Source of the DNA: Craspedostauros australis
Taxonomy: Eukaryota
Reading direction: 5' to 3'
NCBI GenBank assembly: GCA_030167865.1
Contig: JALAGF010005623.1
Span: forward strand, 1-42,551
DNA: 42,551 nucleotides
The notes under the pieces: generated by a model
Seen by the model: only the letters and a program-made list of their open reading frames with translations
Database searches by the model: none
Told to the model about the DNA's origin: nothing
Translations under genes and position numbers: made by a program
Shown here: piece after piece, positions 33,515 through 42,551 of the stretch
Position numbering within the stretch: position 1 is the first letter of the stretch
How the letters are laid out: each line of letters begins with the position of its first letter

Positions 33515-35155
33515 ATGCCCTCCGTAAACAAGAAGAGGATACCGGAGCGCGACCCGTCCGTGTCATGGGATCCCTCGGTGACGGGCGAACCGCCGCTGAA
33601 GAAGTCAAAGAAGAAGAAATCGAAATCCAAGCGATCGAGCGACGATTCCAACAAAAACAGCGGGAGTTCCGCTGGCGGTTCGAGCGGAAGTGGGAGCAGC
33701 AGTCATGCGTCGCCATTGGAAAAGTGAGTGCAGAGTCTTGCGTCTATTCGAGCAGAATAGAGTCGCAGGGATGGATCGCAAGACGGGGACTCATACACAC
33801 TCATGCGGACGCTCACATTCATGTATCCTGTTTCCTTCTCCCCCCGTCTCCCTCGTCTCTCGTCTCTCCACTATTTCCATTTAACGAACAGAACTGCAAC
33901 GCGAGAAGGTCAGATGATGGCGCAAGTTCTATCCACGTTCAACACCATGGAGCATTCGCGCTTCGAGGCATTCCGACGCGCAACGTTCGGCAAGGACGTC
34001 ATCTCGCAGTACGTGGCGCATTGCATCCAGGAGCGCATGGGAACCTCCACATCGAAACTGGAAACGAAGGTGGAGTTGAAGGACGTCGTCGCGCCAGGAC
34101 AGGCATCCGAAATCACCATGATCGTCACGGTGCTGGCCAAGCTGTACGCGCAGCGGCTGGTCACGGAGGCTCGCAAGGTGGCAAACATTGACAGGATCGC
34201 GAGCAGCAGTAGACCCAGAAATAGCAGGGTAGCCAATACTCAATCATCGTCGGATGCCATCCAACCGCGGCATGTGCGCACCGCATTTCAAAGACGCCAG
34301 GCGCATGGATTGGACCCGGGATTCTTCCTGCAAGGCACGTCGATGCACCAGCAGAGCTGCGCCGTCGCAACGCGCGAACGCGAGACGTACAATCACAAAC
34401 GGCAAGTCACATTCTTTGTGCAGGATGAATTCGACAAGGAATTTCCTGCCGACATGGAAACGACGGATGATGGCGACGATAGTCAGAATGAGAATGATGA
34501 GAACGGCGACGAAGAGCAAGGTGACCAAGATGATGATGAAGAAGATGGTGCCGTTGACGAGAACAGCAATGATGACGCTGGCAGCGGTGATTATGGGAGC
34601 GACGAAGAGCCCGTGGAACCTTGGTTGCAAGTCGATGACAGTTGCACAGCAAGTGCAGAAAGGAAACGGTTGATGGGCTTGGACGATGACGATAACATGG
34701 AAGATGCCATGGAAGATGCTATGGATGATGCCATGGACGACGCCATGGATGATGACAGCGAAACAGACAATGACGATGACAAGGGCCAAGGTGATAGCAA
34801 CGAGGACAGCAAGGGTAAGGAGGAAGACGAGGGTAAACAAGATGGTGGCGATGACGATGATGGTATTGGTGATGGTGGCAAACAGCAAGACAGTGCCAAT
34901 GTGAATGCCGATGACACATCCAACAAAGAAAAAGACAGCACCGCCACGATCGACGATGAGAAACGCGGCGAAGAGCAAGAAAAAGCGAACATTGATGGCA
35001 AACCTGGCACAAAGAAAGGCAGTACCAATTCGGATGACGGTACCAATGAAGACAAGGTTGACGACACAACCAAAGGTGATGGGAAGGATGACGAACCAGC
35101 CGCGATGGAAGTCTCGCCAACCAAAGAAAACCAAGAAGGCTCAGCCAAGGAATGA
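33515..35155 (+). CDS. TAF11: TFIID subunit TAF11-like histone-fold protein with long acidic C-terminal tail; exons 33515-33723 and 33892-35155
   Basis: VLSTFNTMEHSRFEAFRRATF...IVTVLAKLYAQRLVTEARKV...IQPRHVRTAF is the TAFII28 signature. Exon 1 carries a basic NLS (PPLKKSKKKKSKSKR). Phase-2 intron GTGAGT...GAACAG. Confidence 0.8.
34697..34753 (+). repeat. 12-bp coding tandem repeat (MEDA/MDDA x5) in the TAF11 acidic tail
   Basis: ATGGAAGATGCC ATGGAAGATGCT ATGGATGATGCC ATGGACGACGCC ATGGATGAT. Confidence 0.7.
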
Positions 35156-35410
35156 ACTCGACCACACCAATGCAAAAAGAAGCACTCCATTATACTCGAC
35201 GATCGATTCTACTAGTCCAATTTTGTATGCGTATGGTACAATGCTATTCCTAAAGAAGTATTCTCTATGATGGTAGAGTAATACTTGATGTACTGTTACA
35301 TTGTGTATGGTACATATTGCAATCGAGACCGCTTCAGTGCATGCGCTATTTGTACGTACGGCACACACTCGCACAGCACCATACACCGATCTTGTGTCCT
35401 GCAACCGAAC

Positions 35411-38203
35411 TCAGACGCCCACGATGTGGTAGTTCCGCCTCAGCAAGGTCAAGGATATCAGCACCAATGCCAAACCAGGAAGGATGAGCAGATTCAGCAA
35501 GTTGCGGATGCTGATCAATCCCATCCAAGTGATGAAGGCATCGCCGACGGCACGTCCGGACGTCCCCACCAACGTCGTCAGTAATCCAGAGTTGAATGTA
35601 CCGACGGCCAGAGCTGATGGCACCACCTTGCTCATCATGGACGCCACGAAGGATTCGCAGGCTTCGATGCCGGAGAATGCGACCAACGAACCGACCACGT
35701 ACCGCAAGGGCCCCACGGCGAACACGTGTGTGTCGTTGTAGGAGTCGCTGGACTCCGCATCGACCAGATCGGTGGGATCCACCAGGAGCAGCATGCCGAC
35801 GATGGTGATCGTCATGAACCAGGATGCCAGCAGCCGGTCCGAGTGGTACTGCGACATCCAGCCGGCCAGTATGCTGATGGGGATGACGACGATGCCGTTG
35901 GCGAGATGCAGCGATCCCACGTTCTTGATGCTCCAGTGGAATCTGTTCTTGGTGATGACGGAGGTGGATCCGACGACGGATTCCAACGAGATACGTTTCA
36001 TGAAGATGAGGACCATGCACAGCGCTGTAGCACGATTCATGTTCCTGATGCAGTAAAATGGGCTGTTCATAAGCACACCCTTGTTCGCGCCACCAGCGCC
36101 GCCACTGCTACTCCCGCTGTCGTCCTCCTCGTCATCGTCGTCGTAGTAATCGGACTTGGCGCAGTCTGATCCATCATCGCGCATGGCGTCCGTTGTCGCG
36201 AAGCCGCTTCGTGGTTCGTCCATGCTGAGACTCTGTTCCAGCTCCGCACTTTCTCGACGTTTCAATTCCGCTAGGCCTGATCTCCTGGGCTCGCGGAAGC
36301 TGACGATGACGGCAATGAGGTAGATAGCCCAGCAAAGGGCCATGAAGTAGCCGGGCCCCGTCATACCGTTGAAGTACTGCATGCCGAGGAACGGGAGGTT
36401 GAATTGGAATGGTGTGACCATGTCCAGCGCGATGGCCATGCCGGGACCCAAGGCCGCACCGAGCGCTGTCATGAGCGCAAACGCCGCGCTCGCCATGGTC
36501 CGCAGTGAGAATGGGGTCGCGTCCGCAACGTATCGGCGATTGATGATTCGGGGTGCGCCGAGTCCGGTGATGGCACGGCCGATGAGGCACATCTCCATGC
36601 TCCTGTAGCTGTAGGCCGCGGCGTAGAGGGTGTTCCCGATCATCATGAGGAGGCTGGCGAAGACGATCGGTTGCTTGTACGATGCGTTCGTCCAGAAGCT
36701 GTACCCGACGGAGGACAGCAGCGCGAACCACGGCGCGGCACCGATCATGATGCCGGACAGCGCATCAGAGCTGCCGAGCGCGTTGGCATAGTACGCCGAC
36801 GATGGTTCGATGATGTAGTTGTTCATCATGAAGAGGAAGCACGATATCAGATTCAGGATCAGAGGCCACACGTTGGTAGAATCCATCTGTGACATCGCCG
36901 CGAAGGAAGAATCCCTTGACGACCACATCATGGCGAGGTCGTGGTTGCGGTAGATCCACCGCACGAGGCGCCGCATATCGGACTGCAGGCTCTGCCCTCG
37001 TGCGCGGAGATTCTCTGGCTCCAGCAGCAGGCCGGATCGTTGAAATCCCACCACAATGTACTGTCGCATCATGTAAATGAGCCGATCTTTGACCACGATC
37101 TGTCCGCCTGCCACCTTCTCACATCGCTTGAGCGTCTTGTCGAGGATGCGGTGCACGTCGCAGATCTGTTCCTTCATATCGCTGGGATCGATGCCGCCGT
37201 CCGCCGTTGTGTTGTTCTCGGCACTGTTATCGCTGATACCTTGAAAGAACTTGACCAGCAAGTCCGTGTGAAGATCCTTCAGGACGCTCATGCAGAAGAA
37301 GGTGTCATTGAGACGACCTTGCCGTTTGAGGTCCCATTCCGTCAGCGTGATGCCGTCGTAGGTGAGGACGATCGCATCATACTTGAGCAACAATTGCCGC
37401 ACAGTGATGATGTTGGCCACACAGAAGGCGTAGATGTCAAGCAGCTGCTCCTTGAGCTGTCTCCGGGATGGCCGCAGTCCTGATTTCCCAATCTCGATCT
37501 GAATGTTGGCCGTTGGTTCTTCCTGTGTGGTCGTGCCCACCATCGCAGCACCGCCATCTGTCGGAATCAATTGTTGGGTGCTTTGCTGTTGCTGTTGCGG
37601 TTGTATTTGCTGTTGCTGAACTTGCTGCGGCTGAGAGTACCCGGCAGCAGCGATGTCCTTGTAGCCATGCTCTCGATCACTCGGTGCGTCGCTGTCATCC
37701 TCATCCGCATCATCGCGCTGTATCCAATGCTCCAGATTGTGAACCACTTTCTGATGCAACTCCGACGCTCTCCTCAGCTCACCCTCAATGAAGTTGGCAA
37801 AGTCGACACGCTCCTCCATATGCAGGCGATGCATCATCTGCTTCCAGTCCAACCCCGTGCTGGTTCCCTTATCCGCAGCACCCTCCACGCGATCATCCAG
37901 CGACATCGAGTACCCCATCGTGTCTTCCGCTTGCTGCGCTCCCGCCTCGCCATCAAAGCTGCGAGCCGCCATCACGGGATCCTCCATGGGCGTTGTGTGG
38001 ACGCCTTCCACCACCATCTCGATGGGCTCATGCTTTCGGAATGAAATGGGTGGTATCGCATCTCCGCGTGAGAATGAACGCGCCCATGCGCGACGTTGCT
38101 TGCGATAGAGATGCAGCTTCTCCTTGGCGGCTGCGTAGTCGACGTAGTACTCGATCCACTCAGTCTTCTGCGCCTGTTTGTACATCTCATAGTAGTCCGT
38201 CAT
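35411..38203 (-). CDS. SPX-MFS protein (VPT/PHT5-like putative vacuolar phosphate transporter)
   Basis: N-terminal SPX (EWIEYYVDYAAAKEKL; NIITVRQLLLKYD), then a multi-TM MFS (LNLISCFLFMMNNYIIEPSS, GRAITGLGAPRIINRRYVAD, SLMSK-like ASMMSKVVP, FNSGLLTT). Start placed at MTDYY; an upstream in-frame start at 38257 is possible. Confidence 0.88.
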   Translation of the reverse strand: MTDYYEMYKQAQKTEWIEYYVDYAAAKEKLHLYRKQRRAWARSFSRGDAIPPISFRKHEPIEMVVEGVHTTPMEDPVMAARSFDGEAGAQQAEDTMGYSMSLDDRVEGAADKGTSTGLDWKQMMHRLHMEERVDFANFIEGELRRASELHQKVVHNLEHWIQRDDADEDDSDAPSDREHGYKDIAAAGYSQPQQVQQQQIQPQQQQQSTQQLIPTDGGAAMVGTTTQEEPTANIQIEIGKSGLRPSRRQLKEQLLDIYAFCVANIITVRQLLLKYDAIVLTYDGITLTEWDLKRQGRLNDTFFCMSVLKDLHTDLLVKFFQGISDNSAENNTTADGGIDPSDMKEQICDVHRILDKTLKRCEKVAGGQIVVKDRLIYMMRQYIVVGFQRSGLLLEPENLRARGQSLQSDMRRLVRWIYRNHDLAMMWSSRDSSFAAMSQMDSTNVWPLILNLISCFLFMMNNYIIEPSSAYYANALGSSDALSGIMIGAAPWFALLSSVGYSFWTNASYKQPIVFASLLMMIGNTLYAAAYSYRSMEMCLIGRAITGLGAPRIINRRYVADATPFSLRTMASAAFALMTALGAALGPGMAIALDMVTPFQFNLPFLGMQYFNGMTGPGYFMALCWAIYLIAVIVSFREPRRSGLAELKRRESAELEQSLSMDEPRSGFATTDAMRDDGSDCAKSDYYDDDDEEDDSGSSSGGAGGANKGVLMNSPFYCIRNMNRATALCMVLIFMKRISLESVVGSTSVITKNRFHWSIKNVGSLHLANGIVVIPISILAGWMSQYHSDRLLASWFMTITIVGMLLLVDPTDLVDAESSDSYNDTHVFAVGPLRYVVGSLVAFSGIEACESFVASMMSKVVPSALAVGTFNSGLLTTLVGTSGRAVGDAFITWMGLISIRNLLNLLILPGLALVLISLTLLRRNYHIVGV

Positions 38204-39753
38204 GATGGTGCTTCTGCTTCTGCTTCTCGTTGTGCTTGCGATTGCGATTGTTTCCAACCAATGCGATGTGATGCGGATTGATTGGCCTTGTTTTGGTTTG
38301 TTGGCAGCAGCCAGCGTGGAATTCCACGGTTGTTCACACTCTTTCTCAATCTTTGACGTGATCAGCAGCCACGTGCCATGGATTGGGTCGCCACAATACT
38401 GTATTCTCTCGAATGGCAGAGCACTCTGCTCAAATCGAGTTGACGATGGAGTACGCGAATGTGCAGTCGATCACTTTTCCCTCCAACTCTTCCACACTCA
38501 CACACCATCGCACTTTGCCGTTGTCCTCAACTCCGCTCACCTCACAAACTTCGTGGGCACGCAAATGGCCGCAACGGCGTGTGCTTCCGCATCGAACTCA
38601 TTTCAGTTCAACGGACATGCCCAACATGTTTCACTATCGGATGCCATAACGTCATTCCACGGCTGCGACAGTCGCATGACGCTTGTTTAACATCTCCTCT
38701 CATGTCGAAGCACTCCTATGAGTCAACTGGGCACATGTCCCTCGAGCCGACAAGCCAGCCCATGTTTCTCCAGCAAAAAATGGAGAACAATGCAAAAAGT
38801 TGTTCGATTTGGCGACCAACACGGAACTGTCGGACAGACAATGAACTGTTGGTCTCATTCTTCTTACGAGGTCTAATTGTTCTTGAACGAGGTCTTTCCA
38901 TCAGCAATGGAATATGCGGTGGTATACTCATTATTCATAAAACGGATGTTGGGTACCATTCAGAATTGTTCACTTTGTCGTGAAACGTGATGATGCCGGT
39001 TGATGTAATTTGTCATGGTTCGGCTTCGGCTGCTAAGGTCGTTGTGCTGTGCGGGTCTTGACAACAAGCGATAGGCGACGCAACAAGTATGGAACGGGGA
39101 CGAATGCGGTGCTCTTGGGTCAACAAGGGTCTGCGCTATGTGACGTTGTAACTACCTTGAACTACCTGGCCCCTTTGTGTTTTCTCGCATGGTGTTGGTA
39201 TACTCCACGTTGCTCGCGTCGTTCTTTGCATCTTTGCTGCATCTCCGGGAATGGTACCAAACAAGAATGTAGGTATGGCACCCTTGAACTGTTGTGATCG
39301 ATATTCGCGTTAATGTTAACCCTGTTATCTCTTAGCTCGCATAGTCGTAGTAGTCTCCCCGCTCCACCCCACCCCCATTGCTCCCATCACGCACAGAACT
39401 GTGCCACATGTGCGAAACGCAGGTTCTTCCTTGGTCTTGCGCTCCCCTGCGAAATGCAAGATATTCGCACCTGCATCCGCATCTCGGCGTATCGATCATA
39501 GCATCGTGGAGCAAAATACTTTATCTTCACATCACACCTCTGCATATGTGGAATCATATGTAGATGCATCACATATGCGTATGGTGTATACGTTGTTGCT
39601 GTTGTTGTTGCTGCTGCTGCCCCGATACATGATGATGCATCCGTGTCTGCGTTTGCGTCCGCGTCTGCAACAGACTGGACCGCCTATCGTTGGCAGCATC
39701 TTCGTCACCGGCACGATCACGGTGGAATGGCCAGCCGTTCCCAAACCAACGCT

Positions 39754-41148
39754 TCAAACTCCCCAGGCCTCGAGCATGTCTTGTTCCGCGAGGACCCTGG
39801 CCCACAGCTGCAGCGGGCGGCTCAGGTGCAGCGATCGTGCCCGTAGCATGCGGTCCCTCAAATCGGCGTGCAGCGATCCTTCCTGCGTCGTCTGGAGCTT
39901 GTGGTACGACTGCAGGACCGCCTGGCAATGCTTCTTGCGTTGGAATCGCAGGCTGGGAATGAGTTCGACCTCGAATCCGCGCAGAGGCGTGGTCGCACCA
40001 TCGTGAGTGCGCACGGCGCATCCTCGTTGCAACGCTGATGCGTATCGTCGCAGGCGCTGCGCGGAGAAGCTGTCGCATGTGGCCTGTCTGCATTTGTTGA
40101 CGATATCGAGGTACCATCCCGGGTTGCACATGGGTTGCTGTCGCAGCTCGTCCATGGAGTCATGCACGATGCGGTCGTAGTCGTCGCAGTGGTACCAGGC
40201 CGCCTCGATGTCGTTGCTCGTGAGCACGAGGGTGGACTCGAGGTATGTGTTGCGTTCGAGATGGAACTTGACGCGCCGTCGCGTGGATTGCTGCTGCGGC
40301 GCTTCGTCTCGAGCTTCCCGTGTTGGGCGATCCTGGTGGCGTGGAACTTGCGCAGCTGCGCTTGCGATGCTGCAACCGCTGCGGCTGATGTAGGTGGCGG
40401 CCGTCGCCGTGGTGCCTTCCGAACAGCACGATGCGCAGTCGCTGGCCAAGCTGTTCTGATGGGACGATGCCTCCATCGTCGATGCGGCAGTTGACTCGGC
40501 ATCGCTCGCGGGGTTGTGCCTCATGATGTCAAGCGCCTCATCCACCATGACCATCGCCGACTTGGCGGGTGACAGCGGTCCGAGTGGTGCAGCAGCAGCC
40601 GCCGCATCATGCTGCGGTCCTTGCTGGTGGTCCCCATTTTGGCCCTTGCGTGCGTTCTTGTAGTTGGGGCTGTTGATCGCGTTGGCCAAGCACACGGATT
40701 TGGTGGTGTGCAGCAGCGTCTTCCTGTCGGACCGGGCAGCAGCCCGCACCTTGCGCAGAACATGCAGAGGTGATGACAGTCTGGGCGGAGGTGGCAGTTG
40801 GGCATCTCCGCCTGCGGTTCTCATCTTGCTGGGCTGCGGCCGCGGCTGTGATCGCACTTGCTGACGTTGCTGAGGATTCTGCTTGCGCGTTGATCGCAGG
40901 AAGCGGCCCGTGTGCTTTGGCGGCGGCGATCGGAACATGGCTGCGATGGTGCGCTTTGCGAATGCTGCTGGTGTTGGTGTGGAAGGTGATGCAGCTGGTG
41001 ATGCGGTAGGTGTTGCCTTTTGTGGTCTTGGTGATCCCAAGCAGGAGTTTGTGGTGTTGATGATGCTGGAGATGCTGTGCTCGCTGTTTTCGGCGGCATC
41101 GTCGCCGATCGAGTCTGCGCCGTAAGGAACTTGAAGCGCGGCAGTCAT
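39754..41148 (-). CDS. Diatom-type hypothetical protein with RRVKF...WY...RGFE...AxxD motif set
   Basis: Long ORF with a disordered N-half, then RRVKF, AAWYHCDDY, LRGFE, AVLQ and WARVLAEQDMLEA, a motif series I recognise from an expanded uncharacterised diatom family. First ATG at 41148. Confidence 0.7.
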   Translation of the reverse strand: MTAALQVPYGADSIGDDAAENSEHSISSIINTTNSCLGSPRPQKATPTASPAASPSTPTPAAFAKRTIAAMFRSPPPKHTGRFLRSTRKQNPQQRQQVRSQPRPQPSKMRTAGGDAQLPPPPRLSSPLHVLRKVRAAARSDRKTLLHTTKSVCLANAINSPNYKNARKGQNGDHQQGPQHDAAAAAAPLGPLSPAKSAMVMVDEALDIMRHNPASDAESTAASTMEASSHQNSLASDCASCCSEGTTATAATYISRSGCSIASAAAQVPRHQDRPTREARDEAPQQQSTRRRVKFHLERNTYLESTLVLTSNDIEAAWYHCDDYDRIVHDSMDELRQQPMCNPGWYLDIVNKCRQATCDSFSAQRLRRYASALQRGCAVRTHDGATTPLRGFEVELIPSLRFQRKKHCQAVLQSYHKLQTTQEGSLHADLRDRMLRARSLHLSRPLQLWARVLAEQDMLEAWGV

Positions 41149-42303
41149 GGTTGTTCTTCTTGCTCTGCGTTGTCTTGCTTGGTCTTGCGATTTCTTGCTG
41201 TGGTGTGCTTTCTTGGTCAACTATGGTGTGTTTCGTTGTGGCGTGTTGGGTTGTGGTGTGATTCTGGCGTTATATATTATTATGGTGTCTTATGGGAAGG
41301 AAGCACGGTGCTCTTCGAATCCTTCGCGTGCCACAGCTGATTCGGTTTCTTGGTCGCCCTTCGTGTTTCAACGTGCTAATGCCCGCGCGCCGTGTGTTCT
41401 CCTGTTTTCTTGCTCGCACGGGCAACAGAGTTTGTGATTGTGTTACTCGTGCGTATTTTGCCTCAGTTTCTTGGTTGCCTCCATGAAATTGTGGAACTTC
41501 GTCGTGTCTGCTCGCTTGCTCTTTCGTGGCTGTAAGAAATCGAATCGACAATGATTCTCCGTTGTGGCATCCGTCCGTTCCCCCAAATGAACAGCTGCCC
41601 TCCAACAATCACATGAGTCCAAACACCGCTGGCGACTCGAGACAAAGGAATGGAAGCAGCAGCAACAACGACGACAACAACAACGGCAACAAGACTAGCA
41701 GCAACAGAAGGAGACTCACCCCAACTGCGGCTCCTCTTGCTCTCACTAGTCGCACTACTCGCACACAACGAGGTGACGCCTGCTCACCCTTCCTTGTGGA
41801 TATGATCGTGCTCTCGGGGTGCGTTGATACTGAGCGGTTTCGCTTTCTATCGCTGCAAGTGGCATGAATCAGCGCAACTTCTTCTTGAAGTTCACAACTG
41901 TCTTCGCCCTTTCTCGCCCGCATACTCAGAGACTTGTATCGCCGCGACCAGCGCATTCTAAGTTTAAAACGGCCGGTCGCAAGCTGTATACGCGATTGTG
42001 CGAACGGACGAACATCAGGGATGCAATTGCGTACCTTTGGGAAGCAAGATGGAGATCGTTGACAAAACTCTTCCTTGGATGTGAGGTTGCCAAACAACGG
42101 AATTCCCGAATGGCGTGATCGTGAATGGCAGTGACAAACCTTGTACGGATAGACGTTTGGTACGAACATGTGCGAACAGCTCGCAAGGACACCTCTCATC
42201 TCAATGCGTACGACCTGCGCCAAACCGTAAACTGTTCACGATAACACTAGTTGTGGAGTTTTACTCGTGATGAGTCGTGATAAAGTAGACTAAAATAGAG
42301 CAC

Positions 42304-42357
42304 NNNNNNNNNNNNNNNNNNNNNNNNNNNNNNNNNNNNNNNNNNNNNNNNNNNNNN
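42304..42357. other. Assembly gap with AT-rich flanks
   Basis: N run. Both flanks contain TAAAATAGA and are markedly more AT-rich than the genic sequence. Confidence 0.6.
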
Positions 42358-42551
42358 TTAAAATTTAAAATAGACAGTGCATTCGGACGCTTGGCTATCG
42401 CTTATTCTGAATATCGAAGTTAAATTTGTATGAACTTTATTTTAAATGTCGTTTTGGCTTGCTGTGTGTCAGGTGGTGGGTGCAAAAAATTCTCGATGGC
42501 ATCATGCTGCCCTACCTTCACCACCCATGATCATCATTATCATCCCTGGCA

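Noticed and set aside
39541..39579. 9-bp inverted repeat GCATATGTG...CACATATGC
   Set aside because: Short, low-complexity and in a 3' flank; bacterial-type terminators do not apply here.
41609..42551. 204-aa ORF and AT-rich gap flanks as a transposon end
   Set aside because: No terminal inverted repeat, target-site duplication or transposase motif can be shown; the gap hides the key sequence.

Overview
Eukaryotic nuclear scaffold, most likely a diatom. Evidence: GT-AG spliceosomal introns, four genes with signal peptide + 'F' (ASAFAP-type) plastid-targeting presequences, RXL- and KxxK-motif secreted proteins, and a nucleus-encoded mitochondrial ATP synthase alpha. About 15 protein genes are supported, seven of them spliced models I assembled by checking splice sites and phase by hand: a FEX/CrcB fluoride exporter, a small secreted Cys-rich protein, a membrane-anchored LRR protein, a METTL21-like methyltransferase, a BT1 folate-biopterin transporter, ATP1, a Lys/Ser/Pro/Thr-rich single-pass candidate cell-wall protein, a DUF1995-like protein, a plastid pyrophosphatase, a small plastid membrane protein, a LicD + cytidylyltransferase + Fe(II)/2OG-type dioxygenase fusion, a stand-alone KIX-like protein, TAF11, an SPX-MFS transporter and a diatom-type RVxF/WY/RGxE protein. 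The first ~2 kb is gapped, repetitive and contains a ~380 bp duplicate. The best candidate for a new system is the three-enzyme fusion at 28507-31101. Next are the silica/adhesion-type membrane protein and an SPX domain that keeps its phosphate-binding cluster but has lost the lysine surface cluster. All family calls come from motif recognition, not database searches.
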